Of a stretch of 64,000 nt of DNA, positions 32,766-41,093 are shown one piece after another. The stretch is from Bacillota bacterium (GTDB lineage: Bacteria; Bacillota; SHA-98; UBA4971), in assembly GCA_014360195.1 (NCBI GenBank), contig JACIXY010000003.1, forward strand, positions 83,692-147,691, in the 5' to 3' direction. How positions within the stretch are numbered: the first letter of the stretch is position 1; every line of letters begins with the position of its first letter. The notes beneath the pieces are model-generated. The model was given only the letters and a program-made list of their open reading frames with translations, had not been told where the DNA came from and searched no databases. Made by a program: the position numbers and the translations under genes.

Positions 32766-34049
32766 TTACACCTCGAGGCCGAACTTCGCGTGCAGCCCTC
32801 TCATGGCTTTCTGCATGTCTTCCTTCTTCACCAGGCACGATATGCTGGCGTGGGAGTCTGACGTCTGGTATATCGGCACTTTCGCCTCGGCGAGTGCCTC
32901 AACCACCCGGGCCATGACCCCCGGCACACCCCTCATGCCCGCTCCAACTACGGACACCTTGGCACAACCCCGCACCATTCTTATGGTAAGCCCATCGAGG
33001 CCAAGCCTTTCCAGGACGGCAACTGCGGTCTCGACCACGTCTTCGCTCACCGTAAAGCAGATAAGCTCCGGAAATACGTTGATGAGGTCCACGCTTATAC
33101 CCGCGTCGGCGAGCGCCCGGAACACGCTCTTCGCGATGCCCGACTCGTTGACGTCCCTCGACGAGTCAATGCGGATCTGTGCGACGTTTGTGAGATGGGT
33201 TACGCCCGTGGCCACCTTGTCGGACCGTATCACCGCCCCGTCAGGGGACGTTCCGGTCCTCGTCACGAGAGTGCCTGGCTCGTCAGAGAAAGTGTTCTTG
33301 ATCCGTATCGGGATGCCGCCCTCCATTGCTATCTCCACAGCCCTCGGATGGACGACCTTCGCTCCGAGGTGCGCCATCTCAACAACTTCCCTGTAGGTCA
33401 TAACCCGAAGGGATCTCGCATCAGGGACGATCCTGGGATCCGCGGTCATTATCCCTTCCACGTCGGTGTATATCTCGATGACCTCGGCCCCCAGCGCCAC
33501 CGCGAGAGCCGCGGCGGTGGTGTCGCTGCCGCCCCTGCCAAGGGTGGTGACGTCTCCCGACCGCGTCACGCCCTGGAATCCTGCGACCACCACCACCCTG
33601 TCGTCTTCCAGGTGCTCCAGCACCCGCTCCGGACGAACTTCCAGAATGCTAGTGTTGCCGAAGTTGTCATCGGTGATGATACCAGCCTGGGCGCCTGTGA
33701 GCCCCACCGCGGGGCACCCCATTGCCCGGAGCGTCTGAGCCATCACGACGGTCGAGATCACTTCGCCGCACGATAGAACGAGGTCCAGCTCGCGCCGGTC
33801 AACCTCGCTGTGCGCTTTCCGGACGAGATCTATAAGCGTATCTGTGGCGTACGGCTCCCCCATCCTTCCCATGGCCGATACGACCACGACAGGCGAATAG
33901 CCGCGCGACTTCGCCTCCAGCACCCTGGTCGCCGCACGGGCCCTCTGGGCGGGCGTGGCGACTGAGGTGCCGCCAAACTTCTGCACCAGGATCTTCACGG
34001 CCTTCACCTCGCCCGAGTCCTCAAGTTCCGCCTCCGGTCGACGAGCCAT
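32766..34049 (-). CDS. dapG: Aspartate kinase (DapG/LysC-like, with ACT domains); the start may be GTG at 33998
   Basis: KILVQKFGGTSVA...VVVVSAMG... Confidence 0.85.
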   Translation of the reverse strand: MARRPEAELEDSGEVKAVKILVQKFGGTSVATPAQRARAATRVLEAKSRGYSPVVVVSAMGRMGEPYATDTLIDLVRKAHSEVDRRELDLVLSCGEVISTVVMAQTLRAMGCPAVGLTGAQAGIITDDNFGNTSILEVRPERVLEHLEDDRVVVVAGFQGVTRSGDVTTLGRGGSDTTAAALAVALGAEVIEIYTDVEGIMTADPRIVPDARSLRVMTYREVVEMAHLGAKVVHPRAVEIAMEGGIPIRIKNTFSDEPGTLVTRTGTSPDGAVIRSDKVATGVTHLTNVAQIRIDSSRDVNESGIAKSVFRALADAGISVDLINVFPELICFTVSEDVVETAVAVLERLGLDGLTIRMVRGCAKVSVVGAGMRGVPGVMARVVEALAEAKVPIYQTSDSHASISCLVKKEDMQKAMRGLHAKFGLEV

Positions 34050-34098
34050 ACATCCTGGATGCGCTCCATGCTACGTTTCGCGCTGCGTTGTACGGATT

Positions 34099-35130
34099 CT
34101 AGATGAGGCCCTGTCGAAGAGCCTCCTCGGCTATCTCCACGGCGTTCAGCGCCGCTCCTTTTCGAAGCTGGTCACCGACAACCCAGAGGTTCAGGCCGCG
34201 CTCGATGGAGTTATCCTCGCGTATGCGCCCGACCTGCACCTCATCCCGCCCCGCCGCGAACAGGGGCATGGGATATAGCATGTTCTCCGGGTCGTCCACG
34301 ACGCTCACTCCCGGAGCCCGCGCCAGGATCTCGCGGGCCTCCTCTTGGGAAAGCTTTCTTTGCGTTTCGATGTTGAGCGACTCGGAATGGCATCTTTCCA
34401 CCGGCACGCGCACGGTCGTCGCGGTCACGGCGATGCCCGGCCCCATTATCTTCTCGGTCTCACGTACCATCTTCCACTCTTCTTTCGTATAGCCCATATC
34501 CTGAAACACGTCTATCTGCGGGATCAGGTTGAACGCGATCTGGTAGTGCTTCGGGGCTGACGCAAAAGGCAGGGCACCCGGGGTTACAGTCCCGCCCGCA
34601 AGATACGCCTGGGTCTCCTCGAAGAGCGCGCTCATCGCCCGCGCGCCCGCGCCTGAAACCGCCTGGTATGTGGACACCACAACTCGCTTCACTGTGGCTG
34701 CATCATGGATCGGCTTCAGGACGACAACCATTATGATCGTGGAGCAGTTTGGGTTCGCTATGATACCAGAGTGCTTCGCGATATCGCCCGGGTTCACCTC
34801 CGGCACTACCAGAGGCACCTCCGGGTCCATGCGGAATGCGCTGGAATTGTCTATCACGAGGACGCCCGCCCGCGCCGCAGGAGGCGCGTATTCCCTCGAC
34901 ACTGAAGCCCCTGCGGAAAAGAATGCAAGGTCGTGCCCGGCGAGCCTCGCCTCCGAGAGCGCGCGCACCGGGAGGCTCTCGCCCCGGAAGCGCATGGTCT
35001 TCCCCTCCGACCTTGCCGAAGCGAACAGGGACAGCGTAGCGCAAGGAAACTCCCTCTCCTCAAGCACCCGCAGGAACTCCTGGCCGACCGCTCCCGTTGC
35101 CCCGACTATCGCCACTTTCAGTTTGCGCAC
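34099..35130 (-). CDS. asd: Aspartate-semialdehyde dehydrogenase
   Basis: KVAIVGATGAVGQEF... Confidence 0.9.
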   Translation of the reverse strand: MRKLKVAIVGATGAVGQEFLRVLEEREFPCATLSLFASARSEGKTMRFRGESLPVRALSEARLAGHDLAFFSAGASVSREYAPPAARAGVLVIDNSSAFRMDPEVPLVVPEVNPGDIAKHSGIIANPNCSTIIMVVVLKPIHDAATVKRVVVSTYQAVSGAGARAMSALFEETQAYLAGGTVTPGALPFASAPKHYQIAFNLIPQIDVFQDMGYTKEEWKMVRETEKIMGPGIAVTATTVRVPVERCHSESLNIETQRKLSQEEAREILARAPGVSVVDDPENMLYPMPLFAAGRDEVQVGRIREDNSIERGLNLWVVGDQLRKGAALNAVEIAEEALRQGLI

Positions 35131-35241
35131 CGTTCTCCCCTCTCAACGCACTCCGGTTGCTCGGCGCGCACCGGCGCGCCGCGTGCTCCACCGTGCACGC
35201 GGCGTCGTGCGTGCTGCTCCCCTCGGAGTGCTGCACGAGCG

Positions 35242-35856
35242 TTATCTTAGGTTAGCATATCCCGCGTGCCTCTTCCTGTCAACAAGTAGGGGCTGAATCT
35301 GCCTTCCCTCCAGGGCTCCCACGACTGTGTCCACCATGAGGCCCATGTCGCTCACGAGAGAGTTGGGCTTGCTTTCGGGCGCATCCTGGCCGAAAGGGAT
35401 CATGTAGACGTTCCGGGTATTGAGCAGGATGCCGAGGTTCTTGGCATTTGCGCCGAGAGCGTCGTTTGTGGAGATCCCGAGGATCAGCGGCCGTCCGTTG
35501 CGCAGAGTTGACTTCGCTGCCATGAGCACGGGCCCGTCGGTGATGCCCAGCGCGAGCTTGGCGAGGGTGTTCCCCGTGCACGGGGCGATGACCAGGGCAT
35601 CGAGGACCTTCCCCGGCCCCAGGGGCTCCACCTCCTGGATGGTGCATGCCGGCTCCTTTCCGGTGATCTGCTCGAGCCTGCGCGCGATGTCGGCGGCCCT
35701 CCCGAACCGGGTGTTCTGTGTCGCGACCTTCTCCGACAGGATGGGATACACGTCGGCTCCGTCAGCAACGAGCTTCTCGATCTCCGGCAGGACTTCAGGG
35801 ATTGTACAGAAGGACCCGGTCAACGCGACGCCAACCTTCTTGCCAGCAAGCCGCAT
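35242..35856 (-). CDS. dpaB: Dipicolinate synthase subunit B (flavoprotein)
   Basis: KVGVALTGSFCTI...APCTGNTLAKLA; follows asd, as in B. subtilis spoVFB. Confidence 0.8.
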   Translation of the reverse strand: MRLAGKKVGVALTGSFCTIPEVLPEIEKLVADGADVYPILSEKVATQNTRFGRAADIARRLEQITGKEPACTIQEVEPLGPGKVLDALVIAPCTGNTLAKLALGITDGPVLMAAKSTLRNGRPLILGISTNDALGANAKNLGILLNTRNVYMIPFGQDAPESKPNSLVSDMGLMVDTVVGALEGRQIQPLLVDRKRHAGYANLR

Positions 35857-35893
35857 GGCTCACACCTCCAGCACGTGTTGCGCACCTTACGGG

Positions 35894-36790
35894 TCAGCGG
35901 AGACGGGCAAGTTCCCTGCGGATCATCTGAGGTAAAGCCTCGGCGAGGATCGCGCCGGCGGTTCTCGGCGCAACCTTTCCGGGTAGACCCAGAGCATGGA
36001 CGGTCCTTATGCCATAGCGGGCAGCGGCCTGGAAATCGGTGCCCCCGGGCTGGGACGCAAGGTCGATGATGAGCGACCCCGGCTTCATCCCCTTGAGCAC
36101 TTCCTCGGCGAGCACGATGGCGGGCACTGTATTGAAGACCACATCGGCGTCGGACGTCGCCTGGGCCAGGAATGAGAGGTGCACCGTGGAAGCGCCCATC
36201 TCCTCGGCCCTCGCGAGCTGCGCGAGGTTTCTCGCAGCGACGGTGGTCCGCGCGCCTAGGGCCAGCAGAACCCGCGCGAGCGTGATGCCGACCCGGCCGA
36301 ACCCTACGACGACCGCGCGGCACGAATGGATCGTCACAGGTAGCTCCTCCATGGCGATCTGGAGGGCGCCTTCTGCGGTGGGTATCGAGTTCCTTATGGC
36401 GACTTCGTCGTCCTCCGTCACCTCGACAAGGGTGACGCCGTGCCTGGCCGCGAACTCCTTGAGCCTGGGCCTGGCAGCTCCGACGAAAAGCGGAGCCCTG
36501 GGCGGGATGATTTCGAGCACTTCCTCGCTCAGGGCGATGGTGACATCCGGGTCAAGCGTCCTCACCTTGCCCCCGACATCGAGGCCCCCCATGCCCACCA
36601 CCACAGCATCTACGCCGCGAAGAGCCTCGAACACGGACGTCTCTCTCTCCGCGCCGGCAAGCTCGGGGAGGTCAGGATATCCGACCACCTTGACCCTGGC
36701 CCCCTCGGCCAGGAACCTCTTTATCACCTCTATCTCTCGCCAGTCTCCCCCGAGTACCGCGATGACAAGCCCACCAAGGCCCCCCTTCAT
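35894..36790 (-). CDS. dpaA: Dipicolinate synthase subunit A
   Basis: Rossmann dehydrogenase-like protein upstream of dpaB. ATG 36790 with RBS AGGAGGG. Confidence 0.7.
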   Translation of the reverse strand: MKGGLGGLVIAVLGGDWREIEVIKRFLAEGARVKVVGYPDLPELAGAERETSVFEALRGVDAVVVGMGGLDVGGKVRTLDPDVTIALSEEVLEIIPPRAPLFVGAARPRLKEFAARHGVTLVEVTEDDEVAIRNSIPTAEGALQIAMEELPVTIHSCRAVVVGFGRVGITLARVLLALGARTTVAARNLAQLARAEEMGASTVHLSFLAQATSDADVVFNTVPAIVLAEEVLKGMKPGSLIIDLASQPGGTDFQAAARYGIRTVHALGLPGKVAPRTAGAILAEALPQMIRRELARLR

Positions 36791-36908
36791 CCACGGTCCC
36801 TCCTCTGACCTCAAGTTGCTACGTGTAATATATGAACCTGCACGAGGGCCGGTGCCTGTTCCGCCTGCCAGGGGACCGGAGCACCTGCGGCGGGAAGGTG
36901 GCGTTCGG

Positions 36909-37432
36909 CTTAAGTGAGAATGCAGAGATCCTCTCGACTTTGAGAGGGGCTGCCGGTGGTTGCACGAGAGGTGCCAAAATCCGGCCACTGGCTAAGTAGA
37001 TCGTCACAAGTTTGCGCTGCTTTCCAGTGCGCAAGTCCTATCCAGGGTTGCCGGTGTTGCACTCCGGGGACGGCGCGCTTGCGGCGCGCCTCGTTCGAAT
37101 TTGGCGTACGGGCTGGCCAAATTCCAGGCGCCCCGCCCTAGCAAGCACCGGCAACCCCAACACCGCCAGAACAAGTGTCGCAAACTTATGGCGCCATACT
37201 TAGACGGGCCGGATTTCGGCGAAGTGTGCCCCGCTTGGGGCCCCGTCCCCGAGTGCAACACCGACAGCCCCCTGCCCACTGGAAAACTGGGAGGAATTAA
37301 CAACCCCCCGCTCAGGTTTGAATTCAGTAGCCTGCACTAAGTGAGGGTGACTAAGTGAGCGTGCGGGAATGCTCACGACTCCAGGAGGGGTTGCCGGTGA
37401 CCGAAGGAGAGAGCGCAACACCGGCAACCCAC
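36909..37432. repeat. Composite MITE island II: inverted copy E0 at about 36909-36989, long copy E1 at 36990-37159, inverted fragment E2 at 37195-37275, and copy E3 at 37338-37432 with a duplicated terminal repeat
   Basis: CTTAAGTGAGAATGCAGAGATCCTCTCGACTTTGAGAGGGGCTGCCGGTG (reverse orientation), then GGCTAAGTAGATCGTCACAAGT...GGGTTGCCGGTGTTGCACTCCGGGGACGGCGCG..., and CTAAGTGAGGGTGACTAAGTGAGCGTGCG...GGTTGCCGGTG...CACCGGCAACCC. Confidence 0.6.
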
Positions 37433-37479
37433 GGGAAGGCAACGATAGCTTGAGGCCAATGGCATGTGTGAACCCGTAC

Positions 37480-38292
37480 TTACAGGTCGAGGAGGTGCTC
37501 GAGGCCGAAGACCGCGTGATCCAGGTCCATGACTCTCCGGATGGCTAGCATGACGCCAGGCATGAACGACTCCCTCGATATCGAGTCATGGCGTATCGTG
37601 AGCACCTGGCCCGGTCCCCCGAAAAGGACCTCCTGGTGAGCGACCAGGCCCGGCAGCCTCACGCTGTGTATCCGCACGCCCCCAACGCTCTCGCCCCGGG
37701 CGAGGGGCTCCTCGCCCCCAGCTGCGGCCTCCGCCCGCGCCCGGTCCACCCTGGCCATGCCCTGCGCGGTCTTGATGGCCGTACCGGAGGGCGCGTCTAT
37801 CTTCCTGTCATGGTGTAGCTCGATTATCTCGGCGGCGTGGAAATACCTCGAGGCCATCTCGGCAAACTTCATCATGAGTACCGCCCCTATGGCGAAGTTG
37901 GGGGCGACCACCGCGCCGATCCCGTTCCTGTGGCACAGCCGGTCGATCTCATCGATGTCCTGCGCGCCGAGGCCGGTCGTGCCCACCACGCACCGAACGC
38001 CCATCCCCAGTGCCGTCCTGACGTTCTCCATGACGGCGGCCGGGTGCGTGAAGTCCACCATCACGTCCGGGCGTAGCCGGGTGAGGGACGAGACGAGATC
38101 GCGCGTCACCTCGAGAAAACCGTCCGTGCGCTCGGCATCAATGGGCACCCTCCCCTCCCTGACGTCCACCCCGCCGACAAGCTCCATGTCAGGCTCCCTT
38201 GACACTGCGGCCAGGACCTGCCTCCCCATCCGTCCCGCGGCACCAGCCACGACCACTCTTATCCGCGACGCCTTCTCCGTCTTCATCTCCAT
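37480..38292 (-). CDS. dapB: 4-hydroxy-tetrahydrodipicolinate reductase
   Basis: IRVVVAGAAGRMGRQV...ELHHDRKIDAPSGTA. ATG 38292 with RBS GGGGGAGGGG. Confidence 0.85.
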   Translation of the reverse strand: MEMKTEKASRIRVVVAGAAGRMGRQVLAAVSREPDMELVGGVDVREGRVPIDAERTDGFLEVTRDLVSSLTRLRPDVMVDFTHPAAVMENVRTALGMGVRCVVGTTGLGAQDIDEIDRLCHRNGIGAVVAPNFAIGAVLMMKFAEMASRYFHAAEIIELHHDRKIDAPSGTAIKTAQGMARVDRARAEAAAGGEEPLARGESVGGVRIHSVRLPGLVAHQEVLFGGPGQVLTIRHDSISRESFMPGVMLAIRRVMDLDHAVFGLEHLLDL

Positions 38293-38439
38293 GTCTTTCC
38301 CCTCCCCCATTCATGTCCGTTCGCCTCGGCTGGCCACGGCGAAAGGAAAATGAAGAGCCGCCCGGTGCCCGGCCTTGCACGGCTGGACCCGCGACGGCGT
38401 CTTCCCAGCGGATGCCGAAGGCCACCCGGGCCTTTACCT

Positions 38440-38565
38440 CTAAGTGAGGGTGCGTTAGTTCTCGCCGCTCTTCCAGTAGTCGTCGGGTTGCCGGTGTTGA
38501 GCTCTCTCCTTCGGTCACCGGCAACCCCTCCCAAAAGTCGGGAGCATTTCTGCACCCTCACTTAG
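38440..38565. repeat. MITE-like repeat copy F, complete short form (reference copy)
   Basis: CTAAGTGAGGGTGCGTTAG-N31-GGTTGCCGGTG-N19-CACCGGCAACCCCTCCCAAAAGTCGGGAGCATTTCTGCACCCTCACTTAG. Its right terminal repeat contains the TAA stop of the adjacent gene. Confidence 0.7.
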
Positions 38566-39053
38566 TGGATCTCGATATCAGATGCCCCGAACCTCGCAAG
38601 CACGTTCTTCGCGTCGTCCACGGTGTTGTCGTCGGCCTTCACAACCGCGAGGATCTTGCCTTCCTTCACCTTGTTCTCGTAGTACCTTCCCCGCTCCTCG
38701 GGAATGCCGAGGTCAACAAGGCCTCCCACGATCCCGCCGGTCACAGCCCCGGTGAGACCTGCAGCTATGGGGCCCGCAGCGACGATGGGGCCGATCCCGG
38801 GGATCGCAAGCGCGCCAAGCCCGGCGAGAAGGCCCGTCGCGCCCCCTATGGCGCCGCCGGTGAGGGTCCCACCGGTAATGTCATTTCCCCCTCCCCGCAT
38901 CGTAAGCCCGCCCTCGCCGCGGTCGCCTCCCTTCATGCGCTCCTCCTTCGCCACGATGGATACCTTGTCATCACCGAAGCCCTTTCGCTTCAGCTCCTCG
39001 ACCGCCCTTTCCGCCTGATCGCGCGAATCAAACGTGCCTATTACGCTTGCCAT
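38562..39053 (-). CDS. YflT / general-stress-protein-17M-like (DUF1269) protein with a glycine-zipper C-terminus
   Basis: MASVIGTFDSRDQAERAVEELKRKGF...GGAIGGATGLLAGLGALAIPGIGPIVAAG. Its own RBS GGAGGAGG lies 8 nt upstream of the ATG at 39053. Confidence 0.6.
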   Translation of the reverse strand: MASVIGTFDSRDQAERAVEELKRKGFGDDKVSIVAKEERMKGGDRGEGGLTMRGGGNDITGGTLTGGAIGGATGLLAGLGALAIPGIGPIVAAGPIAAGLTGAVTGGIVGGLVDLGIPEERGRYYENKVKEGKILAVVKADDNTVDDAKNVLARFGASDIEIH

Positions 39054-39368
39054 TTGCAAAGCCTCCTCCGAAAGACTGGATTTCGGCTTTAGTTTGACAT
39101 AATGGCAAGCCTTGTATTCACCGCAGTCCATGGCGGCCGCGACCTGCTGCTTGCACTGCTCACGGGAGTCTGATGCATCGTGGCCCTCGAGCTTCTCCTT
39201 GATGCGTAGGTACTGGGCGACAAGCCTGTCCAGGTTTTCGCTGATGCGGTATGTCTCCGCCCCGTCAAGCCTTCCGTCGTCCCGGGCTATGGCCGTGTGC
39301 AGCTCCGCGCGCAACTCCTCGATGGCACCCCGGAGCGACTGCAGCCTCTCGTGTATCCTGCCGACCAT
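39054..39368 (-). CDS. Spo0E-like aspartyl-phosphate phosphatase domain ORF with no in-frame stop; it reads through into the downstream yflT-like gene (possible fusion or pseudogene)
   Basis: MVGRIHERLQSLRGAIEELRAELHTAIARDDGRL...ISENLDRLVAQY matches the Spo0E family. RBS GGAGGGAG. An AT-rich intergenic-looking stretch is translated in frame, and the 5-prime 104 nt overlap the M16 peptidase 3-prime end. Confidence 0.4.
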
Positions 39369-40587
39369 GGTACTCCCTCCGAACGAATGACGATTTCGCC
39401 TTCCGCGGGCCGACCGCGGCCGCAACGGGCACCGCCCCGCCGAGCAGCTCCGCTGCCACCTCGCGCACGTCATCTCCGGTCACGCCATCGATCCTTCTGA
39501 AAACCTCATCTGGTGTCTCCAGAGGTTCGTGGAAGAGCTCGAGTCGTCCGAGCCTGCTCATGCGGCTATTAGTTGTCTCGAGATTCAACACGAGACTGCT
39601 TTTCAGCTGTTCCTTGCCCCTGCTTAGTTCCTCGGCGCTGATTCCACAAGACGCTACCTCGTTAAGCTCCTCACGAATGAGGTCCTCGACGACCTGGACA
39701 CGGTCCGGGCTTGTAGCCGCATAGAGGATGAAAGCTCCTGCATCGTCGAACGACGCCACGTACGAGTACGTCGAGTACACGAGGCCCCGATCTTCCCTGA
39801 GCTTCTGAAACAGCCTGGAGCTCATGCCACCGCCGATGGCGATGTCAAGCAGGTAAAGCGCAAATCTCTTCGGGTGCTTTCTGTTGTACGCTTCGACCCC
39901 GAGGCAGAGGTGCACCTGCTCGGTGTTCTTCGGTCGAAACACGCGCGCGCCCGGGGTCCACGACGGCCGCACCTCAGCAACCTGGGCGGAGGATGGCAGG
40001 CTAAGGTGCCTCTCCACCGCCTCCACGATGCTTTCGTGGGTCACATGCCCGGCCGCCGCGACAACTACATTGTCGCACGTGTAGTGATTGCCCATGTACC
40101 TGACTATGACATCCCTCGTGAGATTGCCGAGTGTCCCCTGCGTTCCGAGCACGGGCAGACCCACCGACCGGCTTCCCCAGGCCGCGCGAGCGATCTCGTC
40201 GTGGACCACGTCTTCCGGCGAGTCCTCGTACATCCCGATCTCCTCTGCCACCACGCCCCTCTCCTTCTCCACATCCTCCGGAGCCAGGAGCGGGTGGCAC
40301 ACGAGGTCGCACAGGATGTCCACCGCAAGGTCAACCTGCTTATCCAGCACCTTCGCGTAGAAACAGGTGTGGTCCTTGCCTGTGAAGGCATTCAACTGAC
40401 CGCCGACGCCGTCCATCTCTTCGGCGATCTGCCTCGCCGTCCGCCGTGTCGTGCCCTTGAAGACCAGGTGCTCGATGAAGTGGGAGACGCCGTTCTCCGC
40501 TGGGGCTTCCCATCTCGAGCCCGCGTTCACCCAGATGCCGACGGAGCAGGATCTCACGTGAGGGATCTCTTCGGTGACCACTCTCAC
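39265..40587 (-). CDS. mlpA: M16 family zinc peptidase (MlpA/YmxG-like)
   Basis: HFIEHLVFKGT HxxEH motif. Position equivalent to B. subtilis mlpA next to the spoVF/dap block. Confidence 0.8.
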   Translation of the reverse strand: MRVVTEEIPHVRSCSVGIWVNAGSRWEAPAENGVSHFIEHLVFKGTTRRTARQIAEEMDGVGGQLNAFTGKDHTCFYAKVLDKQVDLAVDILCDLVCHPLLAPEDVEKERGVVAEEIGMYEDSPEDVVHDEIARAAWGSRSVGLPVLGTQGTLGNLTRDVIVRYMGNHYTCDNVVVAAAGHVTHESIVEAVERHLSLPSSAQVAEVRPSWTPGARVFRPKNTEQVHLCLGVEAYNRKHPKRFALYLLDIAIGGGMSSRLFQKLREDRGLVYSTYSYVASFDDAGAFILYAATSPDRVQVVEDLIREELNEVASCGISAEELSRGKEQLKSSLVLNLETTNSRMSRLGRLELFHEPLETPDEVFRRIDGVTGDDVREVAAELLGGAVPVAAAVGPRKAKSSFVRREYHGRQDTREAAVAPGCHRGVARGAAHGHSPGRRKA

Positions 40588-40744
40588 GCCACACGGGAGA
40601 ACCGTTCGCTTGTAAGAGGCTGTGCCACCCGACTTTGACAGATCTCTCCACCTCTCGTCATGAAACGACAGACACTGATAGATTCGCCCACGTCAATATG
40701 ATTCCTCTTTCATCCTGAGAGAATCTCACCGCGATCTTTCGCGC

Positions 40745-40937
40745 GCGTGAGGGCTCGTTAGTCCCTCCCGGTGTGCCAACATCTGGTGGGCTGCCGGTGT
40801 TGCACTCGGGGACGGCGCCCCAAGTGGGGCGCGCTTCGCCAAAATCCGGCCCGTTAGGCAAGCGGCCATCTTGACACCCCTGGTGCAACCACCGGCAACC
40901 CATCCCAAAAGTCGGGAGCGTTTCTGCGCCCCTGCAC
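40745..40937. repeat. MITE-like repeat copy G, long form
   Basis: GCGTGAGGGCTCGTTAG...GCCAACATCTGGTGGGCTGCCGGTGTTGCACTCGGGGACGGCGCCCCAAGTGGGGCGCGCTTCGCCAAAATCCGGCC...CACCGGCAACCCATCCCAAAAGTCGGGAGCGTTTCTGCGCCCCTGCAC. Confidence 0.6.
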
Positions 40938-41093
40938 AGCCGGACGGCGGTCACTGCATGGCAGCTCATGCAGAAACAGGCTCCGCTAGAGGAAGTTACA
41001 TAAAGGATCGTGGGCTTCGCAGTAGAATTGGGCATTACACACCGTGTGCGTCCGCGTCGGCCGGACGCTTCCGCCAAGGAGGAGAAGCCCGAC

